From Limisphaerales bacterium (lineage in GTDB: Bacteria; Verrucomicrobiota; Verrucomicrobiia; Limisphaerales; SIBE01), in contig JBGAIN010000030.1 in assembly GCA_044225505.1 (NCBI GenBank), forward strand, positions 1-59,283: 59,283 bases of DNA, in the 5' to 3' direction. The notes under the pieces were generated by a model. It was not told where the DNA came from. It saw nothing but the letters and a program-made list of their open reading frames with translations, and made no database searches. Of this stretch, positions 27,213-37,588 are shown piece by piece (the stretch's first letter is position 1; each line of letters opens with the position of its first letter). The position numbers and the translations under genes are program-made.

Positions 27213-29072
27213 TCAGTCGCCTCGCAACCCTCCACCCATCATTCGCGCGTAGTATCCTCCCGCGGCCAGCAACGCGTCGGGCGCACCGGTTTCAACCAAC
27301 CGTCCGCTCTCCAGCACGACGATCCGATCCACGCGCCGGACCGTGCTGAGGCGATGGGCCACAAGGAGGGCGGTCCGATTCTCCATCAGCCGCGCCAGGC
27401 CAGTGATCACCAATTCTTCGCTCTCCGCGTCCAGCGCGCTGGTCGGCTCGTCCAGAACGAGGATGGGCGCATTCTTCAGGAACGCCCGGGCCAGATTGAT
27501 GCGTTGTTTCTCGCCGGAACTTAACCGCGCGGCACCTTCTCCGACCAAGGTCTCGTACTGGCGGGGCAACCGTTGGATGAATAGATCGGCGTTGGCCGCG
27601 CGCGCCGCTTCGTGAATCGCATCGGGCGTCGCGCTCGGATTGCCATAGGCGATGTTTTCGGCAATGCTGGCCTGCAGCAGAATCGGTTCTTGCGGCACCC
27701 ACGCGACCAACCCGCGCACGTCTTTTAATCGCAATTCCCGCAAATCCGCCCCTTCTAAGCGTACCGTTCCCCCGGTTGGATCGTAAAAGCGCGGGAGCAA
27801 CTGGAGGAGTGTGGTTTTGCCAGCGCCGCTCGGGCCGATGATCGCTACAGACTCCCGTTCTCGCACGGCGAACGAGACCCCGTGCAAAACGGGCCGTCCT
27901 TCGTCGTAAGCAAAGGAGACGTTCTCAAAGGCGATATTGCCGCGGACCCGCAGCGGCTCAGAAGCACGGAGGAGATCTCCGTGGCGAAGCAGCGGCGCTT
28001 GGGTTCCCGTCGCCTCGACGGCATTGGCCGATGCTTGCGCGGCACTCACGGCCCGGCGCGCCGTGGGAAGATCGGACACTTCCTGCGGCGTGTCCAAGAG
28101 TTCAAAGACGCGTTGCGTGCTGGCGTTGGCATCGGAGACGGTGGCGCCGACATGGGAGAGTTGGTTCAAGGGTTCGTAAAGCTGAGTGAGGTATCCCAGA
28201 AACACGAGCAGTTCTCCGACGGTCAACTGCCCGGCCAGCACCTGGCGAGCGCCCAGCCAAGTTAATCCGCCCGTCATCAGGCCAAACCCCGCCGCGATTG
28301 CCAGCCAGTAAAGAACCTCCCAACCATGTTGCGCGACGCGCTTGTGATAGGCGGACTTTACTCGTTCGCCGAATCGTTCATGTTCCGCTGCCTCGCGGGT
28401 ATAGCTTTGGATCAGTGGTAAAGTCGCAATAGTCTGCTGAATGAACGACGTGACCAGACTGTCTGCCTGGTGAGCCGCGAGGCTGCGCTGGCTCATGGTT
28501 TTTCCCAACACCTTCATACTGAAGACAAGCAACGGCACCATCAGCATGGCCAGCCCGGCCAACGGCCGGTTGAGCTGCCACATCACCACGAGCATCAGTC
28601 CTAGGGACAATGAAGCATTGAGAAAGGTGAACAGGCCCTGTTGGAAAAGGGTCTGAAAAGCGTAGGTATCCCAACTGACGCGGTAGATCAAGTCGCCCTG
28701 GCTGCGACCTTGATGGAAACGCAAGGACAAGTGTTCCAGCCACAAAAACACTTCATTGCGAACCCGGACCAAACCGCGCAAACCAATCTGGATGGAACTG
28801 TAGTTCTGCCAAGCCGCTAACGTCCCCTGCCCGATGTAAAGGGCAATCAGCGCAAACGCCAGCAGCCCTAACACCACCGCGCGATCCGCGCCGGCCACGG
28901 TGGTCAACCAACTGGGTAGCGGCCGCTGACCCAGGATGCTATCCACCACGAGCGCCAACGGCCATGGCTTGAGCAAGTTCCCCGTCGTGCTGAGCACCAG
29001 CAGTCCGAGCGTGCCGACAATCCGCGCCGCGTCAGGTCGGAAGAATCGGAGGACGCGCCGCAGACGTTTCAT
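27213..29072 (-). CDS. ABC exporter, fused permease/ATPase (MsbA/MdlB-like)
   Basis: TM domain, then GPSGAGKT, Q-loop WVPQE, signature LSSGEKQR, ILVLDEPTSALD, VAHRLST. Confidence 0.93.
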   Translation of the reverse strand: MKRLRRVLRFFRPDAARIVGTLGLLVLSTTGNLLKPWPLALVVDSILGQRPLPSWLTTVAGADRAVVLGLLAFALIALYIGQGTLAAWQNYSSIQIGLRGLVRVRNEVFLWLEHLSLRFHQGRSQGDLIYRVSWDTYAFQTLFQQGLFTFLNASLSLGLMLVVMWQLNRPLAGLAMLMVPLLVFSMKVLGKTMSQRSLAAHQADSLVTSFIQQTIATLPLIQSYTREAAEHERFGERVKSAYHKRVAQHGWEVLYWLAIAAGFGLMTGGLTWLGARQVLAGQLTVGELLVFLGYLTQLYEPLNQLSHVGATVSDANASTQRVFELLDTPQEVSDLPTARRAVSAAQASANAVEATGTQAPLLRHGDLLRASEPLRVRGNIAFENVSFAYDEGRPVLHGVSFAVRERESVAIIGPSGAGKTTLLQLLPRFYDPTGGTVRLEGADLRELRLKDVRGLVAWVPQEPILLQASIAENIAYGNPSATPDAIHEAARAANADLFIQRLPRQYETLVGEGAARLSSGEKQRINLARAFLKNAPILVLDEPTSALDAESEELVITGLARLMENRTALLVAHRLSTVRRVDRIVVLESGRLVETGAPDALLAAGGYYARMMGGGLRGD

Positions 29073-29312
29073 TGCGCCGCGAGTCTAACGAGGCGTCTCT
29101 GAAATAGCGACACAATCGCGACGAAGAGGGCTGCACGGACCAAGAGACAGGGCTGCAGCGGGTGCTCCGCATCATTCTCACCACACTCGGATACTCTTCG
29201 TCCCAGACATCCGAAACCGGAAGAAGGAGCCACGTCGGCCAGGTCAACGGCCACGGCCGTTGCCAACGCGAGATCATACAGCCGAAAAGTGCGCGTCCGC
29301 GGTCATTTCGCC

Positions 29313-31706
29313 TTACTTCGGCTCTGGAAACCCGCGTGCGAGAAGATCGTGGCAGTTCAGCACCTTCTCCGCCAAATCGAGAGGGACATAGTAATAGTGA
29401 TTGGTCGCTTCAAACCCAATTCGGGAGTCGCGGAGTTGGATCGCGTAAAGGCGCCGCGCCAGATCCGCTTCGGCACGCAGAAGACCTTCGAGTTCCTCGC
29501 GCAAACGCGCTCTCGCCGTGGCGTCCGGCGCGACGGCCAGGGCATCACGCGCGCGGACGAACCGGGCCTGATTCGCGGTCGTGCGAAAGTGAATGGCGGC
29601 CGCTTCCGCCACGTTCAGTTCTTCGTCCAATGCGCGGGCTTGCTCAGGGCGTTCGGAGGGCGGGCTAGAGCGCGCCTCCTGGCGGAGCAGTTGGAGAGCG
29701 TGGTCAAACCCGTTCGCAACGGTCTCGAATTGTTGGATAAACGTTTCGGGCGGATAAGGCCCGCGCCATCCCGCAAAATCGTCGTAGGGAAAGCCGATCA
29801 TCGTGGCCCGATATTTCGTGGGCGATGCCCAGAGCAGATTACTGGGTCCATATTGCATCGGCGCGTTGTAGACCAGGCCCCCGTCGAAAGGAAATTGACT
29901 AAAGGCCGCGCTGAACTCGCGCCAGGCCTTCACTACAGCAGGGGCAATGGCCGCGCCAAACCGCCGCGTGGCGACGGCTTCCAGGGCGGCGGAGACGGAG
30001 TCCTGGCCGCTGCCAACCCCGCGTTTCGTCCGCGCGATTTCCATGACGATTTCGAGATTCGGCGATGGATAACCTCCCAGTGTCCATCCCAACATCAGAC
30101 CGTCGACACCCGCATCGGCCAGGTTGGCGATGTGCTGGGCCACGTTCTGGAGCGCAGGGATATACGGCACCGCCGAGAGTTCCCACGTATTGCCTGCTTG
30201 GATCTTGGCCAGCGTGCGCAAGCCGCGTTTCTTCGCCAGTTCCCAACGACCGCGCGCCCGCTCGCCCGGTCCGATGGTGGAGATCGAGTATTCGCCCACG
30301 TTGGTTGGAACGCCGCCGCGGTGGATGGGGATGCCCCATTCGCTGACGCTGAGCAGCGACGCTTCGGCCGGTAACTGCCCGATGATCCCCTCGACCCAAT
30401 CGTCGCGCCAGCCCCAGTCCCAGACCAGGAGCCGCGCTCCGTGTCCCGCTTTCTGAATGCCCTCCTGGACAAGCCGGTTTGCTTCCGCCACCACATCGGC
30501 GGGCGGCCGCTGCGAGCAACGGGGGCAGCGTCCTCCCTGGTGATGCGACCAGCAATGCGTAAAGTTCTCCGACGCTGAAATTGTAAAGAACCCTGCGAGA
30601 TCCGGCACGGCCTGGCAGATGGTTCGGACCGCTTCGGTCATCCACGCTTGCACCTCGGGATGGCTCGTGCAAAGCGCGGCGTATTCGCCCTCCACCGTGC
30701 CTCGGAGAGATTCGCGTCCATTAAAAAAGGCCAGCGGCATGGACCGCGGCTCATTCAGATATAGATAAACGCCCACACGGGCACGGGCGGCGCGCTTGAC
30801 CAGGTCTTTGAGCGCGGCCAGGCGTCCTTTATAGCCGACGCTCACTTCGGGCTCCCACGGGAAGGGTGCCAGTTTTTGGAGGACGCCCTGGAGCCAAACG
30901 CCGTTGACGCCCAAGGCGCTCAACTGGGCCAGATAGCCATCGGGATAAGGCTGAATCGTCTTATCGGAAAGCGGGTCTCCGTAAAGCGCGAAGTAAGAGT
31001 AGCAATAACGGGGTGAGAATTGCCCAATCTCCGCTGGACGTTCGCTCCGATCGGGTCGTTGGCAAAGGCGTTCGATAAACCCAAAGAGCGGATCTGCCGC
31101 GAGCCCCACCTCCGTTCCGAACGTCGCGCGGATCAATGTGGCCATCTGGCGAGCACGCGCTTCGGCGGCGAGGGTGGGAGGAGCGTATTGAAGACGCGGG
31201 CATAAGGGTTTCAGATTACCCAGTTTGACGAAGAGAAAATCGTCCTCGCGCAAGCTGAACGCCAATTGTGCGGGCGTCCAACCGAGCAACTCGAGCAGTT
31301 GTTCGTACGGAAGCAGATGCCAGTTACGCCGAATGACCGTGATGTAAGAACGTCTTTGTTGAGCGGTGGAGATGGCTGCTGGGCCGGCCAGCCCCATGGA
31401 TCGTCCCACACGAACCATCTGCGGCACGCGCGCGCCGACCACCTTGGCCATGCGCTCAACTGGAACCAAGGTCCAGTTCCGCCAAACGAAGGCGTGAAGC
31501 CGATCTGGGAAGTGCGCCAACTCCAAGGCCGGCGGCGCCGCGCCTTCCGGCAAGAGCGGCCGAGTCCCTCCCGCCAACTTTGCCGCTGAGTGATCCGCAG
31601 CCCAGGCGTTGGGCGCGAAGAGACTGGCTGCAGCCGTGGCCGCGGTCGAAGCCAGGAATTGTCGTCGGTTCCAAGCTGAAGGTCCGCGTAAGGGGGTCAC
31701 GGTCAC
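29313..31706 (-). CDS. Tat-exported hypothetical protein, possible TIM-barrel enzyme
   Basis: NRRQFLAST twin-arginine signal; LGVNGVWLQG, GVYLYLNEPR, SASENFTHCWSH...CPRC, WDWGW. Confidence 0.75.
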   Translation of the reverse strand: MTVTPLRGPSAWNRRQFLASTAATAAASLFAPNAWAADHSAAKLAGGTRPLLPEGAAPPALELAHFPDRLHAFVWRNWTLVPVERMAKVVGARVPQMVRVGRSMGLAGPAAISTAQQRRSYITVIRRNWHLLPYEQLLELLGWTPAQLAFSLREDDFLFVKLGNLKPLCPRLQYAPPTLAAEARARQMATLIRATFGTEVGLAADPLFGFIERLCQRPDRSERPAEIGQFSPRYCYSYFALYGDPLSDKTIQPYPDGYLAQLSALGVNGVWLQGVLQKLAPFPWEPEVSVGYKGRLAALKDLVKRAARARVGVYLYLNEPRSMPLAFFNGRESLRGTVEGEYAALCTSHPEVQAWMTEAVRTICQAVPDLAGFFTISASENFTHCWSHHQGGRCPRCSQRPPADVVAEANRLVQEGIQKAGHGARLLVWDWGWRDDWVEGIIGQLPAEASLLSVSEWGIPIHRGGVPTNVGEYSISTIGPGERARGRWELAKKRGLRTLAKIQAGNTWELSAVPYIPALQNVAQHIANLADAGVDGLMLGWTLGGYPSPNLEIVMEIARTKRGVGSGQDSVSAALEAVATRRFGAAIAPAVVKAWREFSAAFSQFPFDGGLVYNAPMQYGPSNLLWASPTKYRATMIGFPYDDFAGWRGPYPPETFIQQFETVANGFDHALQLLRQEARSSPPSERPEQARALDEELNVAEAAAIHFRTTANQARFVRARDALAVAPDATARARLREELEGLLRAEADLARRLYAIQLRDSRIGFEATNHYYYVPLDLAEKVLNCHDLLARGFPEPK

Positions 31707-31913
31707 AGGTTAGTCAGAGCCGTCCGATTCGCCAGTCTTATCGTGATGGGATTGATCCTCATCGGACGGAGCCCGACGGTGTCGCAGACCAGTCGCAGAA
31801 TTGTCCCACGGCGCGTGTCGATCGAGACGTGCGCCACGCTTCGACCCGGAGAATTGCTCTCCGGAACTGATTTTCATGTTCCCCCAAAGGCAACTCGTGG
31901 CTTAGAGTGCCCT

Positions 31914-33290
31914 ATGCGGATCGTCAATCTCAATCCGGACACCGGCGTTGGAGCCAGCGCGTGGTTTGTCGATTTCGAAGGCCATCGCATCTTGCTTGAC
32001 GCGGGCACTCATCCGAAACGGGAAGGGCGCTCGAGTTTGCCGCTCTACGATTTGATCAAAGAGGAACCGCTCGATGCAATCGCAGTCACACATTGCCACC
32101 ATGACCATGTCGGTTCATTGCCCGTCGCATTGCGCCACTTCCCGAAAGCGCAAGTGTTGATGAGTGAATTGAGCTATTTCCTCATCGAACGAGTGCTCCA
32201 TAACTCGGTTAATGTCATGATTCGGCAACGGGACGAACTCGGGATCAAGGAATACCCGCTCTACAGTCATGATGAAGTGGATGACATCGCCTACCTCTTT
32301 GAAGGATTCAAATACAACCGCGAGATTCCCTGGGCATCCACCGAGCGGCGCCGTTCGGACTTAGACTCGCCCACACTCGAGTTTTATGACGCCGGGCACG
32401 CTTTGGGATCCGCCGGCGTGATGATTCGCGGTCAGAAACAAACGCTTTTTTATACCGGCGATGTTTGCTTTCACGACCAGACCCTCTTGAAAGCGGCGCG
32501 GTTCGAGGATGTGCAAGCGGATGTTCTCATCATGGAAACGACGCGTGGGACGCGCAACGTCCCAGCAGGCTTCACCCGAGCGGCGGAGGCCGAGCGGCTC
32601 GCGCAGGCCATCCAACGCGTCTTAGCGCGGCGCGGGAATGTGCTGCTCCCGGTCTTTGCCCTCGGGCGAACGCAGGAGATCCTGGCGCAACTCGCTTTGT
32701 TGATGCACCGGGGTGAGATCGCGAAACAAGCGGTCTACATTGGCGGCCTGGGCCGTGTCTTTACGGAGATCTACGATCTAGAAGCTCACCGGACACATCG
32801 GCAACATACCCATTTGATGCTGCACGAAGCGCTCAACCTGGTGGTGCTCGACCCGGGCCAACTCCAGTCCATGAAACTGAGTGGCAGCCGCCTGTTCGTG
32901 CTGACGGCCGGAATGATGAGCGAAAAAACCGCCGCTCACGACCTGGCCTTGCGCATGATTGGCGATGAACGGCAAGCGATCTTCTTTGTCGGCTATGCCG
33001 ATCCCGAAACCCCCGGCGGCCGACTGAAGGCCGCGCAACCGGGCGAGACCTTCATGTTCAGCCCGAGCGGCGGAGAAGTCACCAAACGCTGCGAAGTTCA
33101 GGATTTCGACTTGACCGCCCATGCTAATCGCGAAGACCTGCTCCGCTTTGTGGGGCTGGTGTCGCCGCGAACCATTTTGCTCGGGCATGGGGATGACGAA
33201 GCGTGCCATTGGTTTGAAGACCAAATCCGGGCGCAGCATCCCAAGATCAACGTGATTCGCTCCACGCCAGGACTCTCGGTCGAGGCTTAA
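31914..33290 (+). CDS. MBL-fold metallo-hydrolase, beta-CASP ribonuclease family
   Basis: LLDAG, THCHHDHVG, AGHALGSA, YTGD, LIMETT, PVFALGRTQE, TAHA; ATG at 31914. Confidence 0.9.
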   Translation: MRIVNLNPDTGVGASAWFVDFEGHRILLDAGTHPKREGRSSLPLYDLIKEEPLDAIAVTHCHHDHVGSLPVALRHFPKAQVLMSELSYFLIERVLHNSVNVMIRQRDELGIKEYPLYSHDEVDDIAYLFEGFKYNREIPWASTERRRSDLDSPTLEFYDAGHALGSAGVMIRGQKQTLFYTGDVCFHDQTLLKAARFEDVQADVLIMETTRGTRNVPAGFTRAAEAERLAQAIQRVLARRGNVLLPVFALGRTQEILAQLALLMHRGEIAKQAVYIGGLGRVFTEIYDLEAHRTHRQHTHLMLHEALNLVVLDPGQLQSMKLSGSRLFVLTAGMMSEKTAAHDLALRMIGDERQAIFFVGYADPETPGGRLKAAQPGETFMFSPSGGEVTKRCEVQDFDLTAHANREDLLRFVGLVSPRTILLGHGDDEACHWFEDQIRAQHPKINVIRSTPGLSVEA

Positions 33291-33297
33291 GCGGCGT

Positions 33298-34173
33298 TTA
33301 GACGCTTTCGCCCGTATCAGGACCACGGCTCAGGACTCTCTGGACTACGTCCTGGCGGAATCGTTCCAGTTGTCTCACAAAGCGCATGCCTTCACTGCCG
33401 CCAAACATGCGCTGGGCAATGGTGATCTCGGCCCCGTTCTTCAGACACATCGCCAGGATCAGCGTGACACGTTCGGACGCCATCTCCCCTTCCTGATCGG
33501 GATCGTCCGGCACCACCTGCTGACGAATGGCAAAGCGTTGAACATCACTCAAACGATAGGTCTGCTGCCGCCCGCAGAGACGCCCGGGCCCCCAGATCGT
33601 CACGCGATCCGCTTCTTTATCCAGACAACACTTGGTCCAGGAGAACCATGTCGCCCCAACCGCCACGAAAAACAGGAACGCTTCCGCAACGTAGATCCAC
33701 GCGCTCTTGGCCACCACAATGGTCCGAGCCCCAGCTTTCGAGTCCGCGATGAAGGCATTCAACTGGGCGATGGCGTCTTCCTTTTGCGACTGTCCGCATT
33801 CGAAACCGCTTTCGGTTGGGACGGGGCCATGATCGGTCTGCAAGACAATCCGGCAGGTGTCATCAAAGACGAACGTCACGCCGGGTCCGCGTTGCACCTC
33901 ATTCACCGACGAGCCTCCAGAAGTGGAGAATTGCAGGGATGCTTGGCGAACATTGGTCACGCCTTGGCGTGCCATTAAGAGACCGCACAGCCGGTGTTGA
34001 ATTTCGCAGGTGATCTCTCCGGTCGGGGAACGCTGGCAAACAAGCGTGAGACGTGGGCCGATCCACAAGGTCACGGGCAGCGCGATCAACCAAAGCAGTG
34101 TGATCAGCCAGATCGGCAACCGGGCTTGGAGCGTCAGGCGCGTCGGAGTTTGCTCGATGATTTTGACGTTCAC
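33298..34173 (-). CDS. Hypothetical membrane protein
   Basis: GTG at 34173 preceded by AGGAAGG; two hydrophobic segments. The ORF-track extension to 34401 overlaps the upstream gene. Confidence 0.6.
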   Translation of the reverse strand: MNVKIIEQTPTRLTLQARLPIWLITLLWLIALPVTLWIGPRLTLVCQRSPTGEITCEIQHRLCGLLMARQGVTNVRQASLQFSTSGGSSVNEVQRGPGVTFVFDDTCRIVLQTDHGPVPTESGFECGQSQKEDAIAQLNAFIADSKAGARTIVVAKSAWIYVAEAFLFFVAVGATWFSWTKCCLDKEADRVTIWGPGRLCGRQQTYRLSDVQRFAIRQQVVPDDPDQEGEMASERVTLILAMCLKNGAEITIAQRMFGGSEGMRFVRQLERFRQDVVQRVLSRGPDTGESV

Positions 34174-34238
34174 ACTGCGGCTGACCTTCCTGGGACTTTC
34201 CCGGCGATCGCCTCTGCCTTCAGACCCGTTAGGACAGA

Positions 34239-35372
34239 TCAAGGCTCCACCAACACGGGCGTTCCGATTTCCACGATCTCCGCCAGATACTCCGCGTTCC
34301 AATTGGCCAATCGAAAGCAGCCGTGCGATTCCGTTCGACCGACATCTTCCGGTCGGGGCGTGCCGTGAATGCCGTAACCCGGCTTGTTCAGGCCGATCCA
34401 CGCGGTTCCGACGGGATTGTTCGGCCCTTGCGGGATCATCAACGGCTTTTTCAACTGCCGCGCTTCGTCCGACTCCGGGAAAATCTCCGGACTAAACTTG
34501 TAGTTCGGATTGAGGACGATGGTTTCCACTTGCAGTTTGCCGGTCGGACGCTTCTCCACTTGTCGAGCGATGCTGCACGGAAAACAAGCGAGCAAGTTCG
34601 TGCCGCGCCCGAATGCCAGGAGTCTTTTTTCTCCCAAGCGTATGCGGATTATCGCCGCTTTATATTTCACTGGTGGATACTCGACATCGGGGATGCGAAT
34701 GGCGGTACCCACCGCGACTTTGTTCCAATCCACGGACGGGTTGAGCATTCGGATCAGGTTCGGGTGGGCGTGGCCTTTTTCAGACACGAGTTCCAAAATG
34801 TTTTCGTAGTCGAGCCGGTCCTGCAGCGATTTTGCCAGCCAGGTTCTTCCCAGCGGCGACAAGCGACCTAAATCCTGCGGGGTGATCGTGTAAAACCGCT
34901 CCATCGGCAAGGTCAAAGACAACCGGCTCTTGGTCGCTGCGTCCGCTTCGCCCGTGACGGGCAGGCGCTCGCTTTGCTGAAAAGCGCGCAAGGCCGCCCG
35001 GGTTTGGGAGCCAAGCCTTCCGTCGAGGCTGCCTCCGGAAATGGCCTGGCGTTCCAGGGCAATCTGGACTTCAAAAAGATTGCGCGGATTGCGTTGGCCG
35101 GCGGCCGGCGTTTCAAACGGGCTGGTGCCGTTCGGTCGAACCATCACCATGGTCGGCGGTGCGTTCGTCGCTTTATCCCGCGGGCCGCGAAAGACCGGTG
35201 TAACTTCCACCCGAGGCGCCTGTTCCGGAGTGGCGCCACGGTCCGCGTGCTGGAGGTTCTTCCACCAAATCCAAATGAGGAAGCCCGCGAACATGCAAAC
35301 GAGGAGCCATTGAAAATGACTGCCCGAAGCTTTGCGCGTTCGCCGTGTGCGATATTTGGTGTAGACCCGCAC
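34239..35372 (-). CDS. L,D-transpeptidase (YkuD family) with peptidoglycan-binding domain
   Basis: N-terminal TM; LDGRLGSQTRAALRAFQ (PG-binding); GPNNPVG, YGIHGT, SHGCFRL. Confidence 0.92.
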   Translation of the reverse strand: MRVYTKYRTRRTRKASGSHFQWLLVCMFAGFLIWIWWKNLQHADRGATPEQAPRVEVTPVFRGPRDKATNAPPTMVMVRPNGTSPFETPAAGQRNPRNLFEVQIALERQAISGGSLDGRLGSQTRAALRAFQQSERLPVTGEADAATKSRLSLTLPMERFYTITPQDLGRLSPLGRTWLAKSLQDRLDYENILELVSEKGHAHPNLIRMLNPSVDWNKVAVGTAIRIPDVEYPPVKYKAAIIRIRLGEKRLLAFGRGTNLLACFPCSIARQVEKRPTGKLQVETIVLNPNYKFSPEIFPESDEARQLKKPLMIPQGPNNPVGTAWIGLNKPGYGIHGTPRPEDVGRTESHGCFRLANWNAEYLAEIVEIGTPVLVEP

Positions 35373-35545
35373 GCGTCTATTAAGTCACAGAACGCCGCGA
35401 AGCCAAAGCACTTTTCCACTTCGGCACCAGGCTTTGTATCCAGCCGCTGCACAAGGCCTGAACTTGACCATCGGTTTTTCGAATGCTTGACCTTTCAGGA
35501 TAAGTAGTCACATTACACGGCTCGATTTCGTTCGACCGATCGTTT

Positions 35546-37381
35546 ATGCAGCACATACGCAATATCGCCATTATCGCCCACGTTGACCACGGGAAGACCA
35601 CCTTGGTTGATTGTCTTCTCAAACAGTCCGGAACGTTTCGCGCTAATCAGGCGATCGCAACCGAAGAGCGGATCATGGATTCCATGGACTTGGAACGGGA
35701 AAAGGGTATCACAATCCGTGCCAAGAACGCCGCGTTCAAATATAAAAACTTCCACGTCAACATCGTCGACACTCCTGGACACGCTGACTTTGGCGGCGAG
35801 GTCGAACGGGCGATGAGCATGATCGATGGGGTGCTTCTCGTCGTGGATGCCGCGGAAGGTCCGCAAGCTCAAACCCGCTTCGTCTTGCGAAAAGCGTTGG
35901 AAGCCGGAGCCAAGCCGATCGTTGTAATCAATAAGATTGACCGCGAGAACGCCAATCCCAAGAAAGTGCTCGACCTCGTCTTTGAACTTTTCATCCAGTT
36001 GCACGCGACGGACGAGCAGTTAGATTTTCCGTTTGTATACGCTTCCGCGAAAGAAGGTTATGCCAAGCTCGATCTGAGCCACGTCACCGGCACGATGGAA
36101 CCGCTCTTTGATTCGATCGTGAAGTATGTTCCTCCCCCTCGAGCCCACGCGGGTGAGGGGTTCCAGCTTCTCGTCGCCAACCTCGACTATAGTGATTATC
36201 TCGGACGTATCGCCTTCGGCAAGATATACACCGGTAAAGTCAAAGTCGGTGACCAATCCGTTTGTCTCCATGCCAATGGAACCAAGAGCACGGGCAAGAT
36301 CACGAATATCTTCCACTTCGAAGGCCTGAAACGCATCGACATCCCCGAAGCGCACGCCGGTGATATCGTGGGCGTGACCGGGTTTGAAGAGGTCTTCATC
36401 GGCGAAAGCCTGGTCGATAACCCAGAGCGCCCGCCGCTACCCTCTAAACCAATCGATCCTCCGACCATCACCATGGAGTTCGCCGTGAACGACGGTCCCT
36501 TGGCCGGTCAGGACGGGAAACTCGTGACCGCCAGGCACATCTGGGAACGATTGGTGAAAGAAATCCGCACCAATGTCGCTTTGCGCGTCAAGCAAACGGA
36601 AGACCCCAAGGTCTTCGAGGTGGCCGGCCGCGGCGAAATGCAGATCGCCATCCTCGTAGAGCAGATGCGCCGGGAAGGGTACGAAGTGCTGGTTTCTCGC
36701 CCGGAAGTCATTTGGCATAAAGGCCCCAACGATGTTTTGATGGAACCGATCGAGCGCCTGTTCCTGGAAATCCCGCAAGGCCACATGGGCGCGGTCTTGG
36801 AAAACCTCGCTTGGCGCAAAAGCGAAATCGTGAACATGACTCACCATATGGATCAAGTGAGTATCGAAGCGCTCATCCCCATGCGTGGGTTGATCGGTTT
36901 CGAGACTGATCTCGTGAATATCACTCGCGGAATGGGCGTGATGAGTCACCTCTTTCACGAGTACGGTAACGACCGTGGCGAGATTCCGGCCCGCAAAAAT
37001 GGATCTCTCGTTAGCATGGAGGACGGCTTAGCCACCGCTTACGCCTTGGACTCCATCCAGGCACGCGGCCGGCTGATGGTCGAACCAGGAGAAGCCATCT
37101 ATCGCGGCATGATCGTAGGCGAAAACGCTCGCGACAACGACATCCCGGTCAATCCCTGCAAAGTCAAGCACTTGACCAACATGCGTTCTCAAGGCGATGG
37201 CAAAGGAATTCAGCTCTCCGCGCCGCTCAAGCTGAGCTTGGAACGAGCCTTGGAATACATCAGCCAGGACGAATACGTCGAGGCAACGCCGAAAAACTTG
37301 CGTTTGCGCAAGAAGATCCTGGATGAAACGGTGCGGAAACGCGCTCTCCAGAGTCGCTCGAGCAAGGTGCTAGCCGAATAG
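35546..37381 (+). CDS. typA: Translational GTPase TypA/BipA
   Basis: IRNIAIIAHVDHGKTT, EREKGITI, DTPGHADFGGEVER, NKID, GRGEMQI, KHLTNMRS, LRLRKK. Confidence 0.97.
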   Translation: MQHIRNIAIIAHVDHGKTTLVDCLLKQSGTFRANQAIATEERIMDSMDLEREKGITIRAKNAAFKYKNFHVNIVDTPGHADFGGEVERAMSMIDGVLLVVDAAEGPQAQTRFVLRKALEAGAKPIVVINKIDRENANPKKVLDLVFELFIQLHATDEQLDFPFVYASAKEGYAKLDLSHVTGTMEPLFDSIVKYVPPPRAHAGEGFQLLVANLDYSDYLGRIAFGKIYTGKVKVGDQSVCLHANGTKSTGKITNIFHFEGLKRIDIPEAHAGDIVGVTGFEEVFIGESLVDNPERPPLPSKPIDPPTITMEFAVNDGPLAGQDGKLVTARHIWERLVKEIRTNVALRVKQTEDPKVFEVAGRGEMQIAILVEQMRREGYEVLVSRPEVIWHKGPNDVLMEPIERLFLEIPQGHMGAVLENLAWRKSEIVNMTHHMDQVSIEALIPMRGLIGFETDLVNITRGMGVMSHLFHEYGNDRGEIPARKNGSLVSMEDGLATAYALDSIQARGRLMVEPGEAIYRGMIVGENARDNDIPVNPCKVKHLTNMRSQGDGKGIQLSAPLKLSLERALEYISQDEYVEATPKNLRLRKKILDETVRKRALQSRSSKVLAE

Positions 37382-37414
37382 CACGGTCCTTTCGAGATTT
37401 TAGAATTCGCGATG

Positions 37415-37443
37415 AGCGCCCGCCGGAAGGCTGGCGCTTTTTT
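37415..37443 (+). terminator. Rho-independent terminator of typA
   Basis: AGCGCCcGCC-GGAA-GGCtGGCGCT hairpin followed by a T run, about 34 nt after the stop. Confidence 0.8.
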
Positions 37444-37588
37444 GTTGCTTGGCCATAACGCTTGCGAGGTTTCGACTGGGTGCCGGTGAGTTTCGATGCG
37501 CCCCGCTGGGCACCTTCTTGCCGCCGGGCACGCCGGGACCAAGGTGATCCGCCCGCAGTTTCGCCGATTCTCTGACGTTCATCGACTC

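Noticed and set aside
29069..29266. 65-aa ORF overlapping the ABC transporter start by ATGA
   Set aside because: No motif or ribosome-binding support; cannot be separated from chance.
34174..34401. ORF-track extensions at 34174-34401, 42405-42629 and 47973-48296
   Set aside because: Each overlaps a neighbouring real gene, and better downstream starts exist.
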